The notes: generated by a model from the sequence alone, not told the origin. DNA of 64,000 bases from Eledone cirrhosa (GCA_964016885.1 OZ024747.1:62000001-62064000); one strand, 5' to 3'; positions 28,851-43,508 are shown, counted from the first letter of the stretch. Numbers and translations: made by a program.

Positions 28851-29425
28851 ACAAAAACAAAAAAACAAGAATTGTTGCTGGGGAGGGGCTTATCTCCTGC
28901 CAATATGGTTAACAACAATAATCTGTTCTCTATCCAGGTGGAGGAGGAATGGGAGAGTTTTTTCCTCATCTTAATCCAACATGTAGAACAGATTCCATCC
29001 AACATACTGCTTCTATAATCAATCACACACATACAGATGCACAAATATAGTCATATACATAGAAACACATACACACACAAACACACACACACATGCATAA
29101 ATACACATAATATACAAACACATGCACGCACACACAAACACATACAAGCACTCACACAAATATATTCATACACACACACACAAACATGTATACATAATCA
29201 CGCATACGCACACACACTTGCTTTTCAGTTATTATTATCTTTTATAACCCAATTTCCAAATTACCAATTCCCAATGTGTATTATTGAATTCTTAAAAATT
29301 TACATTAGAGTTGTGCATTTGTTGTTTTCTTAGAAAGTGGGGGGGGGGGGGGGGGGGCACCACAGAGAAAAACTTCAATAATAAACATTTTACAAAAACA
29401 AAACAAAAAACAAATACAAAAACCT

Positions 29426-30560
29426 GCATGGCTGTGTAGTTAAGAAGTTCAATTTACAGTCATGATGTTTTAAGTTCAGTTACAGTATTGTTAAGAAGTT
29501 CAATTTAGAGCCATGATGTTTTAAGTTCAGTTACAGTATTGTTAAGTTCAATTTAGAGCCATGATGTTTTAAGTTCAGTTACAGTATTGTTAAGAAGTTC
29601 AATTTAGAGCCATGATGTTTTAAGTTCAGTTACAGTATTGTTAAGTTCAATTTAGAGCCATGATGTTTTAAGTTCAGTTACAGTATTGTTAAGAAGTTCA
29701 ATTTAGAGCCATGATGTTTTAAGTTCAGTTACAGTATTGTTAAGTTCAATTTAGAGCCATGATGTTTTAAGTTCAGTTACAGTATTGTTAAGTTCAATTT
29801 AGAGCCATGATGTTTTAAGTTCAGTTACAGTATTGTTAAGTTCAATTTAGAGCCATGATGTTTTAAGTTCAGTTACAGTATTGTTAAGTTCAATTTAGAG
29901 CCATGATGTTTTAAGTTCAGTTACAGTATTGTTAAGTTCAATTTAGAGCCATGATGTTTTAAGTTCAGTTACAGTATTGTTAAGAAGTTCAATTTAGAGC
30001 CATGATGTTTTAAGTTCAGTTACAGTATTGTTAAGAAGTTCAATTTAGAGCCATGATGTTTTAAGTTCAGTTACAGTATTGTTAAGTTCAATTTAGAGCC
30101 ATGATGTTTTAAGTTCAGTTACAGTATTGTTAAGTTCAATTTAGAGCCATGATGTTTTAAGTTCAGTTACAGTATTGTTAAGTTCAATTTAGAGCCATGA
30201 TGTTTTAAGTTCAGTTACAGTATTGTTAAGTTCAATTTAGAGCCATGATGTTTTAAGTTCAGTTACAGTATTGTTAAGAAGTTCAATTTAGAGCCATGAT
30301 GTTTTAAGTTCAGTTACAGTATTGTTAAGAAGTTCAATTTAGAGCCATGATGTTTTAAGTTCAGTCCTAGTGTTGTTAAGAGGTTCCATTTATAGCCATG
30401 ATGGTTTAAGTTCAGTTACAGTGTTATTAAGAGGTTCAATTTAGAGCCATGATGTTTTAAGTTCAGTTACAGTGTTGTTAAGAGGTTCAATTTATAGTCA
30501 TATGTTCAGTTAACAGCTGTGTAATTTAGGTTCAGTCCCAGCATGTGGCACCTTGGACAA
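29426..30560 (+). repeat. 48/51-bp minisatellite (about 22 copies) grown inside a SINE tRNA head
   Basis: Unit gtt(aag)aagttcaatttagagccatgatgttttaagttcagttacagtatt. Starts gcatggctgtgtagttaagaag and ends ggttcagtcccagcatgtggcaccttggacaa. Confidence 0.9.
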
Positions 30561-30658
30561 CCTATAATGTGGTGGTGGTGGTAATGATAGTAGTAGTAGT
30601 AGTAGTGGAGGTAATGGTGGTGGTGGTGATGGTAGTAATAGAAGTAGAGATAATAAAG

Positions 30659-30690
<32 letters not shown>

Positions 30691-31735
30691 GGTGGTGGTG
30701 GTGGTGATAGTAGTAGAAGTAGTGGTAATGAAGGTAGTAGTGATCGTAGTAGTAGTGGTAGAAGCAGCAATAGTACTAGTAGCAATAGTAGGTGATTGAC
30801 AAAGAAAATAGGTCACAAATATTTAAAAAAAATAATTAAAAATAACACAACACAATAAAATACAATAAAATGAGTTCAAAAAGTGAATGAAATGCTTTTA
30901 AGTCTGGCAATATAATGAGGAATGGAGAATTAAAATAACTATGATTAGTAGCATTTGTTAACATTTGAAGAACTATATATAGATGGCGCCACAGATATTG
31001 ATTGTGTCTGGGATTCTACTGGGAATTCCTCGCTGTGTTGACATTTCTACTGTACCACTTACTTCAGGTAAACTACAACATGCACTACTACCACCACTAC
31101 TACTACTACCACTATTACTACTTCTAAAGAGGTACTGTACCACTTCAGGTAAACCACCACTACTACTACTAAAATGGTACTGTACTACTCCCACCACCAT
31201 TACTACTGCCACTATTAATTGTAATTTAAATTGGAAACCATTAAAATAAGCGATTTTATTTCATAGAACCAGAGCTAGCTTTGGCCAGGTTGGTAACTAA
31301 AGGGTTAAACATTTTAAACCTGGAAGAGCCCTTCCCTTACAACCAATTTCTTCCAGAGAAGGTGAGGGAATGATACAAAGGAAGAGAGAAAGAGATATAG
31401 AGGAAGAATCACTCCCAGTATATGACTGATACACTTTTTATTTACCTTGAAAGTATGAAAGGAAAAGTTGACCTCAGAGAACCAAAAGAAATACCATTTT
31501 ATCTGCTATTCAAATAACTGCCAGTTTGGTGCCATATGTTGTTAGTAACATTCAAATTAAGTCAACCACTACATAAGTAATCCCCAATCAATTAATATTA
31601 CTGGCTTTTACGGTTTCATATTCACTCAATCTTTTTTCTTTCAAAATATATATTAAATCAACAAATTATGTTGAATAATAAAGATTATTTATATGACATA
31701 AAAATAATGATTAAAAATAGTCATCTGGCGTTTGT

Positions 31736-32193
31736 CAGATATGTGATTCAAGCATAGCAGGGTCACTTTACTTCACTTATTCAACTATTATTCATAGTTA
31801 TCTGCAATGATGTGACAGCTTCCCGCCAAAAAGCATATTTTCAAATTTATCAGATATGTGATTCAAGCATAGCAGGGTCACTTTACTTCACTTATTCAAC
31901 TATTATTCATAGTTATCTGCAATGATGTGACAGCTTCCCGCCAAAAAGCATATTTTCAAATTTATCAGATATGTGATTCAAGCATAGCAGGGTCACTTTA
32001 CTTCACTTATTCAACTATTATTCATAGTTATCTGCAATGATGTGACAGCTTCCCGCCAAAAAGCATATTTTCAAATTTGTCAGATATGTGATTCAAGCAT
32101 AGCAGGGTCACTTTACTTCACTTATTCAACTGTTATTCATAGTTATCTGCAATGATGTGACAGCTTCCCCACAAAAAGCATATTTTCAAATTT
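31736..32193. repeat. 115-bp tandem repeat, 4 nearly identical copies
   Basis: cagatatgtgattcaagcatagcaggg... at 31736, 31851, 31966 and 32081. Confidence 0.95.
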
Positions 32194-32692
32194 AAAATCT
32201 ATTCATATTTTCTTAACAAAAAAAAAAACAAAAGAAAAACAGAAAAGAAAAACAAAAAGAAAAATAATGTAAGAAATTAAAATGCAGAAAATAACTGTAA
32301 ACAGAGTTGATTGCTATATATAATAGAGTTTCTACTTTTGGTACAAGGCCAGCGATAACCCCAGTGCATCACTGGTGCTTTATTTTATCAACCCTGTAAG
32401 GATGAAAGGCAAAGTTAACCTCAGTGGATTTGAACTCAGAACGTAAAGGGCCATAACTATGCTGCAAAGCATGGTGTCTGACGCTCTACTGATACTGTCA
32501 AACCACTGCGAAAATCAGGTAAATTAGAGCAGTCAGCCAGTATCTGAAAGACACAAACTTCAATTACTTGTAGTGGTCGTTGACCAGGTTCTTTTCTGTC
32601 TAAATAAAATCCTCCTACGCCCCTCCCACACACATGCCAAAAAAACAAAAAAACAACAACCCTAAAATATTAAAGAAGTCAAAGATTCTTAC

Positions 32693-32835
32693 CTCAAAAA
32701 GATCTGTTGGGTTGCCAACTTTGGAGAAAAGGTAAGGCCACAATGCAACCTCTGTCTTCCTGGCACAGTGGACCACAGTCTGCAGGAACTCTGGAAACTC
32801 CTGGATGAAGGCAACAACGCGTGGAAGAAGGGGAT
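32693..32835 (-). CDS. RIC1: Next internal exon of RIC1
   Basis: cag|[49 protein letters not shown]|gtaag, 143 bp. The final G of the previous exon plus AT gives GAT (Asp), restoring [22 protein letters not shown] is a RIC1-domain hallmark. Confidence 0.95.
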
Positions 32836-33156
32836 CTGAAAAAAAAAGTGGGGGGAGAAGATTACAAAATGAAATGTAATATTGAAGATGCTTCTTTTTG
32901 AAAATAATGATAATAATAATTGTATTATATAATATTTAATTGTGTTGTATTTTATGCACCAACAATAATATGATTGGGTTTTTTTTTTTCCTTGTCTGTT
33001 TTGTTTTCAGTATTCCAAAAGTTGGCAACATCAAATAACAGAGTGAAAGACATGAATGTCACAACTGCCATTTCCTATCCGTTTTGTGGTTCCATGAAAT
33101 AAACAACTGTTTTATTATAACAAACATTGCTAATACGTTTAGAACAAAAAACAAAT

Positions 33157-33927
33157 ATATACATATATATATATATATACATACACACATATATATATAT
33201 ACATAGACATACATATATATATATATATACATAGACATACATATATATATACATAGACATACATATATACACATACATATACACATAGACATACATATAT
33301 ACACATACATACATATATACACATACATATATATATATACACATACATACATATATACACATACATATATATATATACACATACATACACATACATATAT
33401 ATATACACATACATATATATACATACATACATAGACATACATATATATATATACATATATATATATATACATACATAGACATACATATATACATACATAG
33501 ACATACATATATACATACATAGACATACATATATACATACATAGACATACATATATACATACATATATATATATACATATACATATATACATATATATAC
33601 ATATATACACATATATACACATATACATACATATATATATATACATATATACACATATACATACATATATACACATATACATACATATATATACATATAT
33701 ACACATATACATACATATATACACATATACATACATATATATACATATATACACATATACATACATATATATATATACATATATACACATATACATATAT
33801 ATACATATATACACATATACATATATACACATATACATACATATATATATATATACATATATACACATATACATATATACACATATATACACATATACAT
33901 ACATATATATATATACACATATACATA

Positions 33928-33972
<45 letters not shown>

Positions 33973-33975
33973 TAA
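33157..33975. repeat. Compound TA/CA microsatellite
   Basis: Direct inspection. Similar tracts at 15004-15532, 37372-37727, 46209-47330, 58460-58684 and 63849-64000. Confidence 0.95.
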
Positions 33976-35414
33976 TATAATAAAAGCAAGAAGCAATAAT
34001 AAAAAATAAAAAAAACATTCATAGCAACATCAGATACAATAATTATTGTCACCCTAAATAGACATCAAAAGAAGGAAACACTGAAAGATCAAGGCTATCT
34101 GGGAGAATGTTTGGAGTAGTTTAAAGTGCTAGAATATTGGACAATAATGGAAAGTCTTTGATACAAATGTGAAGAAGAAGAAAAAGAGAAAAGAGAAAAA
34201 CACACAAAAAAAAAAGACCGAAAAAACATGGATTTTATGTTATGGCATTTTCATGATATGGTAAAATGATGAAATGTAGGCCTCTTTCAAGAATATTAGC
34301 AGCTTGAGTTAAAACAGGTCCAACTGGGATTCAGAAGTGAATTACAAGCTCAGTTAGTTTCAGAGTTTACACAAAGCCAATAAAATACATAAATTATAAC
34401 AGCTCTGTGGCTTTCAATACAGTAAAAATAGATAGTAAAATATCTCATTTTTCTCTCACACATGGCTAGATTTTTATTGCATGATAGAAACACAGCATCA
34501 TTCAGATCTACTGTGTCATAATATTATTATTTATTATGGCCAATAAAGAAATTATTGTTGCTGTTGTGTTGCTGCTGCTGTTGTTGTTGTTATTACAATG
34601 CTGTGATGCAGCATTGGACTTTCCTTGGATGGTTTCCGTAGCATACAAGTATTTTGACGAGGAAACATTGTTGATCCCTTGTTCATGTTTTCTCCATTTT
34701 TGGAGAATGGGATGATGTAAGAGGACTCCTATGATCCTTCTGATGGTGGACATAACATATCTGGTTGTGAAAGAGAGGGGAGGGTGAGAATGAGAGGGAG
34801 AGAGGATGAGCGAGAAAAGATGAGAAAATGAGAGAGGGTGAGGATGAGTGAGAGAAGACGAGAGAGGATGGGTGAGAGAGTGAGAGAATAAGAGAGAATG
34901 AGAGTGAGAGAGAGTGAGAGTGAAAGAAGGAGAGTGAGAGAGGGTGAGAGTGAGAGAATGAGAGAGAGGGTGAGAATGAGAGAGAGGGTGAGAATGAGAG
35001 AGAGGGTGAGAGTGAGAGAGGGTGAGAGTGAGAGAGGGTGAGAGTGAGAGAGGGTGAGAGTGAGAGAGGGTGAGAGTGAAAGAGGGTGAGAGAGGGTGAG
35101 AGTGAAAGAGGGTGAAAGTGAAAGAGAGGATGTGAGATAAAATAACTCACTAATATGGCCACCCTGTTTGATGGAGAGTCAAATTTCTTAAGCTGAAATA
35201 TATTTGAACTAAACCCATGCTAGCGTGGAGATAGACGTTAAACAATGATGATGAGTACAGAACACTGAAAAACACATACCATAAAGTACTCTAACTCTAT
35301 TTGTTACCAATATATAACTGGTACTTGGTTTATAGTTGCTGAAAGGGGGCTAAAGATGAAATCAACTTCAGTAAGATAAAAGAATGATACGAGAGAAATG
35401 AAATTTACAGCTCA

Positions 35415-35973
35415 CACCTTCTCTTGGGTCCCCAATAATGGGGGGGGGGGGGCTTCAATTCTTATAAGCTGGCAGGGGAGGGGGGAATAAACAGGGGTAT
35501 TGGGAAATCAGTAATTGTATAGTGTATCTTCGTAAATATAGGATTTCTTGTAATGTTCTTTTTTTTTGTCATATATAATGTTTTTTTTTAATGTGAAATA
35601 AAATTATTATCAGATTCTCCAGCTGCTGTTTCAATATGAATCACTTACAATAAAATTTTGCTGAAGATAGACTAGTGAAATTTAATAATGTGAAGAGGTG
35701 GAAAAAATCTGAAAAATTATTATTCAAGACCCGAGAGTATAGTTTTAGTCGGCCTCCTATAAAGTTGTATTTCATAGAAAGTTTCTGGAGTATTTTAATG
35801 ATAGGAGTACCAGTTATACCATAAGATGGAGCATGGATGTTGATTCTATTAATCCTAGTTTCTGATTGAGCCGACAGACTTAAAGTTGCTCCCACATTGT
35901 GACGTATGAAGAAGTCTCAGTGTGCCACTGGAAGTCAGACTTCTGATGTCATCCAATATTTGGTTATTCAGTC

Positions 35974-36055
<82 letters not shown>

Positions 36056-36369
36056 ACCTACTCCCGGGTCTCGAGTAATCGCCCCACCCCCTGCTTATTA
36101 AATTTTACTACTCTATCTCCAGCAAAATTTTATTTTAAGTGGTAGCATTCTTGCGATAATCAATTTTCTTTAAATGCTAAAAACATTATCCATGGCAAAA
36201 AAAGCACATTACTAGAAATCCCATATGTTATAAAATAAATAGGATGGGGGGTTTCAATATGTAAACTAAATGACTAATTCTGTTTGTTTTTTTTAAAGAA
36301 TCAACATAGACAAACTAGAGAAATTACCCCACCACCCACCCACCCCAATTATTTAGGACTGAAGAGTAC
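35415..36369. mobile_element. Two oppositely oriented copies of a DNA-transposon-like MITE (about 35415-35739 and 36059-36369)
   Basis: gacccgagagta versus tactcccgggtc, and shared aaaattttgctg.agataga in reverse complement. Confidence 0.5.
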
Positions 36370-36444
36370 CTCCACTGTTGAACTCTAGTTTATCCTGGAC
36401 TAACCTTTTCTTTTTCCTGCTGATGTCTAATCAATAACTGGATT

Positions 36445-36707
36445 AGCAGATTTGTTTCAGGTAAACTAATGACATGTTTATCTCGAGTAAACTATGAGCA
36501 GATTTGTCTCAGGTAAGCTAAAGACAGGTTTTCTCGGGTAAACTAATGGCATGTTTGTCTCGGGTAAGCTAAAGACATGTTTGTCTCAGGTAAGCTAAAG
36601 ACATGTTTGTCTCAGGTAAGCTAAAGACATGTTTGTCTCAGGTAAGCTAAAGACATGTTTGTCTCAGGTAAACTAATGACATGTTTGTCTCAGGTAAACT
36701 AAAGACA
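36445..36707. repeat. 26-bp minisatellite, about 10 copies
   Basis: Unit acatgtttgtctcaggtaagctaaag. Confidence 0.9.
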
Positions 36708-37506
36708 CGCCCCAAACACTGAAAATGTCTTCTACAGATGGTGGTTGACATAGGAGACAACTGGGAACTCACTCACAACACCGCTCCATTTGACACTCAG
36801 AATTTTTACATAGCGACCCTCCAAAATATGTTAGCAACAGTTCCAATAGGCCAGCTAAAGTAGACTCTATTGCTAACAACACTATATTCTATAACAACCA
36901 ACCATCCAATCCACCCACCAAAATATGTTAGCAACAGTTCCACTAGATAAGGTGAAGCAAACTCCATTGCTAACGAGGTGAACTTAAATAAAAAGGTAAA
37001 CATCAAAGACCAACAGAAATGGAGAAAAAAAAACATACACAAGAACAAGAAATTGATTCTGCTAACTGAAAAAAGAACACAAAGACTGAGTACTAAGATA
37101 GGCTATAAAAACTAAAAAGCTTTTAGATGTACCAGAGAGAGAGAGAGAGAAATAGAGGCAGGCATAAAGTGAATTACTTCCTGTGAATGTTCTTAGAGAA
37201 CTATATAAATACAGTATTGTCCTTAGGCTAATATGTGAAAAGAAATAATCAAATTGTATGAATGTGTGTAGAAGTTAAGCAATGCAATCCAGTTGATTGA
37301 GGATTTACTAATCTCAAAAACAAAGTCAACAAACACACTATATAATAAACTGGTACTGAAATGCCTAAGGATGTGTGTGTGTGTGTGTGTGCACGTGTAT
37401 GTGTGTATATACACATATACATACACATATATAGACACTCACACATATATGCATATATATACACACACATATATGCATATATACACACACACATATATGC
37501 ATATAT

Positions 37507-37537
<31 letters not shown>

Positions 37538-37874
37538 CACACACATATATATGCATATATATATATACACACACACATGTATATATACACAAACATATGT
37601 ATACACACACATATGTATATATACATAAACATATGTATATATACAGAAACACACACACATATATACACAGACACATATATATACATATACACACAGACAC
37701 ACACATATATATACACACACACATATGTAACAGATAATGTGTAAATATGTAAATTAGGGAAGCTATAATAGTACTTTGTTTATTCTTCTTCTTGTTATTC
37801 TTATGTCTCAATCCTATGTAACCCTCCCCCCCACTTCATGTTTTAACTTGTCTTAGTAATGTCTCCATCTAATG

Positions 37875-38480
37875 CCCTTGTGGCAGAATCGGTACAGCAT
37901 CCGACACCATGCTTTTCAGTATAGAGGTATGGCCCTTTACTTCTGAGTTCAAATATCCTGCCAAGATTAGCTTTGCCATTCATCCTTACGGGGGTCGATA
38001 AAATAAAGTACCAGTAACGTACTGGGGTTGATTTAATCAACTTTCCCCTCCTCTTCAAATTACTGGCCTTGTGCCTAAAGTAGAAACAATTATTATTATT
38101 ATTATTATATGGGCGGTGGATTGGCAGTATCGGTAGAGGGTCAGACACCATACTTTGACGCATAGAGTTACATCCATTTACGGTCTGAGTTCAAATCCCA
38201 CCGAGGTTAACTTTGCCTTTCATCCTTACAGGGTCAATAAAATTAAGTACCAGTAATGCACTGGGATAATTGCTGGCCTTGTGCCAAAAGTAGAAACAAT
38301 TATTATTATTACGGACGCCATGCTTTGAAGCATAGAGTTACCTCCCTTTATGATCTGAGTTCAAATCCCGCCAAGGTTAACTTGGCCTTTCATCCTTACG
38401 GGGTCGATAAAATAAAGTACCAGTAATGCACTGGGATAATTGCTGGCCTTGTGCCAAAAGTAGAAACAATTATTATAAAT
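37875..38480 (+). mobile_element. Three tandem OK-like SINEs
   Basis: gggcggtggattggcagtatcgg...gagttcaaatccc...ggccttgtgccaaaagtagaaacaattattatt. Confidence 0.9.
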
Positions 38481-38689
38481 AAAGAAACCATTATTATTAT
38501 TATTGCTTTTTTTTAGTTCATGTCTGACTTAATTTACTAATTAGAAATTATACAAAGGCTAATTAATCATTGAACTTGAATAACAATGGACTCTAATATA
38601 GGGCAATATGAAGTCATTTATAATTGAGACGATGTTTCTGTGATAGAGGAAGACAGCATTTATACAAACTTCCCACCATTTGGTTTATT

Positions 38690-39300
38690 AGTGAGAATGT
38701 AGCAAAAACCAAGTTAACTCTACAACAATCTGAAATTAGATTGACAAGGCATCACACCTCTCAACAAGAATTGCAGGAGCTGGCGCAGTAATGTACAAGC
38801 TTCGGCATTCAGTAATCAGAAGAAAGGAGATCGGTGTAAAAGCTGTCTTCAATTCAGTATTTGTGACTGACATCCCTTATCTATGGTCATGAATCTTGTG
38901 TAATGACCAAAAGAATATGATCACGAATACATGTGGCTGGAATGGGGCTCCTCTGAAGGGTCTTTGGAGTAACATTACTTGATAGAGTGTGTAGTTTGGC
39001 GATCAGGGAGTCACTCCAGGTAGAACCACTACTTCTCCAAATTGAGAGATCACAGCTCCAATACTATGAGCATGTGAATAGAATGTTTCAAGAAAGAATC
39101 ACTGGACAGATTTAACGGGCAAAACCAGCCAGCAAAAGAACAAAGGGCAAACCTCAAGCAAAATGATTGGATAACGTCCATGAGCTTGACTGGTCTTGCT
39201 TGGGGATCAAGCCAGATCAATTGGAGACAGTTGCTTCTAACAGCAGAAGGAGTGTTTGAGGACTCTGCCCCCCTGACCTTCTAAGGGATAAGTGGTTGGA
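38690..39300 (+). mobile_element. RTE (Rex3/Expander-like) LINE 3' part; shorter copies at 57400-57700, 44810-44945 and 4860-4950 (-)
   Basis: LIYGHESCVMT...IRESLQVEPLLLQIERSQLQYY.HV.RM, and RRPRGRSRARWLDNI in the 57.5 kb copy. Confidence 0.8.
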
Positions 39301-40671
39301 AAAAAAAAGACATTACACCTATTATAACAGATTATTCTGATATCATACCTTCATAAGTGCAAGTATGGCTAGGGACATCAAAACAAATTTGGCGAGGAGG
39401 AACATGACTGCATCCGGGACCCTCAATTTAGGGGGCAGCCTAGTTCTCTGGGTCCCAGACCAATGTACCAGTTGACTCCTCTCCCACTTTTTATGAGGCC
39501 CTTGGCATAGCCATATGGGTAAGAAGTTCTCATGTCAACCACAGGGTACCAGATTCGATCCCATTGTGCAGCAATTTGGTAGATGGTAACTGTACGGAAG
39601 CCTGCTGTGTCTGTGAGTGTTTATATAGATGTGTCAAGTTGCATCTCTTTCAGCTCAAAAGGTAAGTTAACCATTTCGATAGCAAACCACTCAAAACCAG
39701 CTCTGATTCTATGAAACAAAAGCACTAATTTCAAATTAAAATCTAACTAATTAATGAGTTTCATAAATCTCTCCTAATTCTTGATTTATTAATTGAAATA
39801 GAGTGTATTTCATTAGAAATACAGTCACAGAAAGGTTACGAACCGCCATATTTTTATGTCTGCTTGTATGTACACGTGTGCGCACGTGTGTGTTGAGAAT
39901 CCAATAGTATCAACAAAACAGTCATTATCATTAACAGATATTGAATTTATAAACAGTGCACATATCATTCTTAGTATATTTATTTCAGAAACCTATAAAA
40001 CATACTTGTGTATGTGTGTGTGGCCTAAAGGTTAGGGCATTTGGTTCACAATCATATGGCCATAGGTTCAACTCTCAGTGGTGTGTTCTTTGTGTGTATG
40101 TGGTTCTAAAGGTTAGGCTGTTTGGTTTACAATCATATAGTCATAAGTTCAACTCCCAGTGATGTGTTGCGTGCTTCAACAAAATATTTTATTTCACATT
40201 GTTCAAGTCTACTCAGCAGTAAAACCTGAGTTGTACCTAATGTTCATGGAAACTGTCTTATCAAATATTGTCTTATGCTGAATCTCCCTGAGAACTACAT
40301 TAAAGGTGTATGTGTCTGCAGAATGCTTAGTCTTTCATCTTTACAGGGTCAATAAAGTAAAGTAGTAGTAATGCACTGGGGTTGATTTAATTGACTTTCC
40401 CCTCCCCCAAATATTGCTGGCCTTGTGCCTAAAGTAGAAACAATTATTATGATTATCATCATTATTATTATTATTTGCTGACCAGGTGTGAGACAACAAT
40501 GTGTAACAATAATAAATAAACAGACAAAGATAAGAAAAGTTATTGAGGTGACTGTACTGGAAGGCAAACTGAAGAAAAAAAACAGTGAAAAGACAAACTA
40601 CAGAATTTTTTTTTAGTTCTCAGTAAACTAACATTATCAATGACTACATTGTATAGAGCAGACTAGTGCAG

Positions 40672-40707
<36 letters not shown>

Positions 40708-40764
40708 AATACATTATATGTTATGATACCTAAATTAGTTACTTTCATTTTTTTTACATAACAA

Positions 40765-41097
40765 GATGTTTGATTAAATAAAACGAAAGAAAGTCGATGT
40801 TTGATGAAATAAAACGAAAGAAAGTCGATAAAATAAAGAAAGTTTATGTTTGATGAAAGAAATAAAGAAAGTCGATGTTTAATGAAATAAAAATAAAAAA
40901 GCCGATGTTTGATGAAATAAAAATAAAGAAAGTTGATGTTTGATGAAAAAATGAGGAAAGTCGATGTCTGATGAAGAAAAATAACGAATGTTGATATTTG
41001 ATGGAAAAATATCGAAAGTCGATGTTTGATGAAATAAAAATAAGGAAAGTCGATGTTTGATAAAAAAAAAAATAAAAAGTCAATGTTTGATGAAATA
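40765..41097. repeat. Degenerate ~29-bp minisatellite
   Basis: Unit aaagtcgatgtttgatgaaataaaataag. Confidence 0.85.
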
Positions 41098-42499
41098 ATA
41101 TGAAAGTAACTAGTTCTTGCTTTTCCCCACTTTTTCCTCTCATTTATAGCTTTCACAGTCTCCAGCCAGAACTGCCTTCCTTACCCCTTCCACATTGCTT
41201 GATTTTGCTTTTGTCTTTCTTCCTCATATTTATCTTTTGAAAATAAAATACATTTTTGTGTTTTAGAAAATGATTTAACACAACTATTTGGTTGAGTCAT
41301 GAGAAGGGAGAGTAGAATGTTTTTCTGTACTTGTTCTGGTTCACTGCTCTTCGAGTTTAAAACCCATCCAGGCCAACTTTGCCTTTCATCCTTTTGAGGT
41401 TGATAAAAAAGTACCAGTCCAGTACTTAGGTCGATACTTCCTCTATATCCCCCCCCCTCCTTCTCTGGAAGTAATCAACTGTTCAGATCTGGAGAAGGGA
41501 TGGGCTCGGCCAAAATTAAACAAAATGTTACTATGTCACTATGGTGCGTCTATGACTCCATTAGAAGTCATAGGAGCACCATACATACATATGTATGTAC
41601 ATCTAACCCAACACTTTAACAACTCTGCCACTTTTCTGGTAACAATATAAAGAAAAGAATTATTACAACAGATCAAATTTGTTTTAGTTTCAACAGAAAG
41701 GTTTATAAATAATCGAATCCTTGTGTGTAATAATAATAAATATAATGTTGAATCACTAAATGAAAACCTAAATATTACAGGATAGCAGTGAGATATATCT
41801 CACTATATCTCTATAGTGATAATTACCAAGAGGATATCATCAAAGGAAATAGAGCAGGTGACTTGGCCATAATAGATGGAGACAAAGAAAATGAGATATT
41901 AGTTTACAAAGTACTAAATAGCAAAGACACACAGAGAAATAATAAAACACCAATATATGCTATCTAAAGAATACCATCACAAAATAGATATCGTATCCAA
42001 CATGTATCAAATTGATATATCACACAGCTTAAATAGAAAAATTCCATAAAAAATGGTTAGCTTCCATTGTGATTATAATAAGTTGTTTTGCCAGTGTAGA
42101 TAAAATAAACAAAGTAAAAACAATATGAATGGGCAATCAATTTTAGCAAGCTGCTGTACTAGAAATAAAAAATACCTTGTAATAAAGTGATTGATATACT
42201 AAATGAGATTGTAGAATTTACATGCAAAGGTTAAGTAAAATATTGGTATTTGCCATTCTTCAAAGAATGGTGTATATTGGAGAGAAGCAAAGGAAAACAA
42301 AAGCATTTCTCCATAAACTCTCTTAAAGTAACAATTGAACATAATAATATATAATAATTGTTTCTACTTTTGGCACAAGGTCAGCAATTACCCCAGTGCA
42401 TTACTGGTGCTTTATTTTATCGACTCCGTAAGGATGAAAGGCAAAGCTAACCTCGGCAGGATTTAAACTCAGATTGTATAGGGCCATAAATCTCGTGAC

Positions 42500-43262
42500 T
42501 ACCTATTTATAAGCTGTGGTATACCAGCATACCACTGTACTAAAATGCTGTATCTTCCGATTTATAAACTGTAGTATACCATTATACCACTACACTAAAA
42601 TGTAACCCACCTATTCATGGACAGCAGTATACCATTATACCTCTACACTAAAATGTAACCCACCTATTTATAAGCAGCAGTATACCGTTATACCACTATA
42701 CTAAAATGTGCCCACCTATTTATAAAGAGCAGTATACCAGTATACCACTACACTAAAATGTGCCCACCTATTTATAAAGAGCAGTATACCAGTATACCAC
42801 TACACTAAAATGTGCCCATCTATTTATAAGCAGCAGTATACCATTATACCACTACACTAAAATATGCCCACCTATTTATAAGCAGCAGTATACCATTATA
42901 CCACTATACTAAAATGTCCCCACCTATTTATAAAGAGCAGTATACCAGTATACCACTATACTAAAATGTGCCCACCTGTTTATAAAGAGCAGTATACCAG
43001 TATACCACTACACTAAAATGTGCCCACCTATTTATAAAGAGCAGTATACCAATATACCACTACACTAAAATGTGCCCACCTATTTATAAACAGCAGTATA
43101 CCATTATACCACTACACTAAAATGTGCCCACCTATTTATAAGCAGCAGTATACCAGTATACCACTACACTAAAATGTGCCCACCTATTTATAAGCAGCAG
43201 TACACCAGTATACCACTACACTAAAATGTGCCCACCTATTTATAAGCAGCAGTATACCATTA
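42500..43262. repeat. 52-bp minisatellite, about 14 copies
   Basis: Unit cccacctatttataagcagcagtataccattataccactacactaaaatgtg. Confidence 0.95.
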
Positions 43263-43473
43263 TATTATCAGACTAAGACTTTCAATAAAATAAAAATGAA
43301 ACCCCAACAATTTTCTTCCATATTCTGATTTACTGATAACCGAGCTGATATCAACAATAGAGAAATATTTGAAAAAGAATACCAAGGAAAAATATTCTCT
43401 AGATACATTTCTCAAATGCAATACTGGGCAGGCAGAGAAAAATCGCCCCCCCCCCCCCCCCCGAAAAAAAAAT

Positions 43474-43508
<35 letters not shown>

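Noticed and set aside
28268-32193. CRISPR-like appearance of regular repeats (also 42500-43262)
   Set aside because: Units are contiguous with no unique spacers, the context is eukaryotic, and there are no cas genes.
34560-34770. Possible extra RIC1 exon
   Set aside because: The flanking exons already join seamlessly (EPIP-D-PLLP), and there is no recognisable similarity.
35900-35950. Possible hammerhead (tgaagaagtct...agact)
   Set aside because: Stem present, but no C3, no GAAA and no stem I or III.
41640-42330. A-rich stretch resembling an old LINE
   Set aside because: No diagnostic motif recovered by eye.
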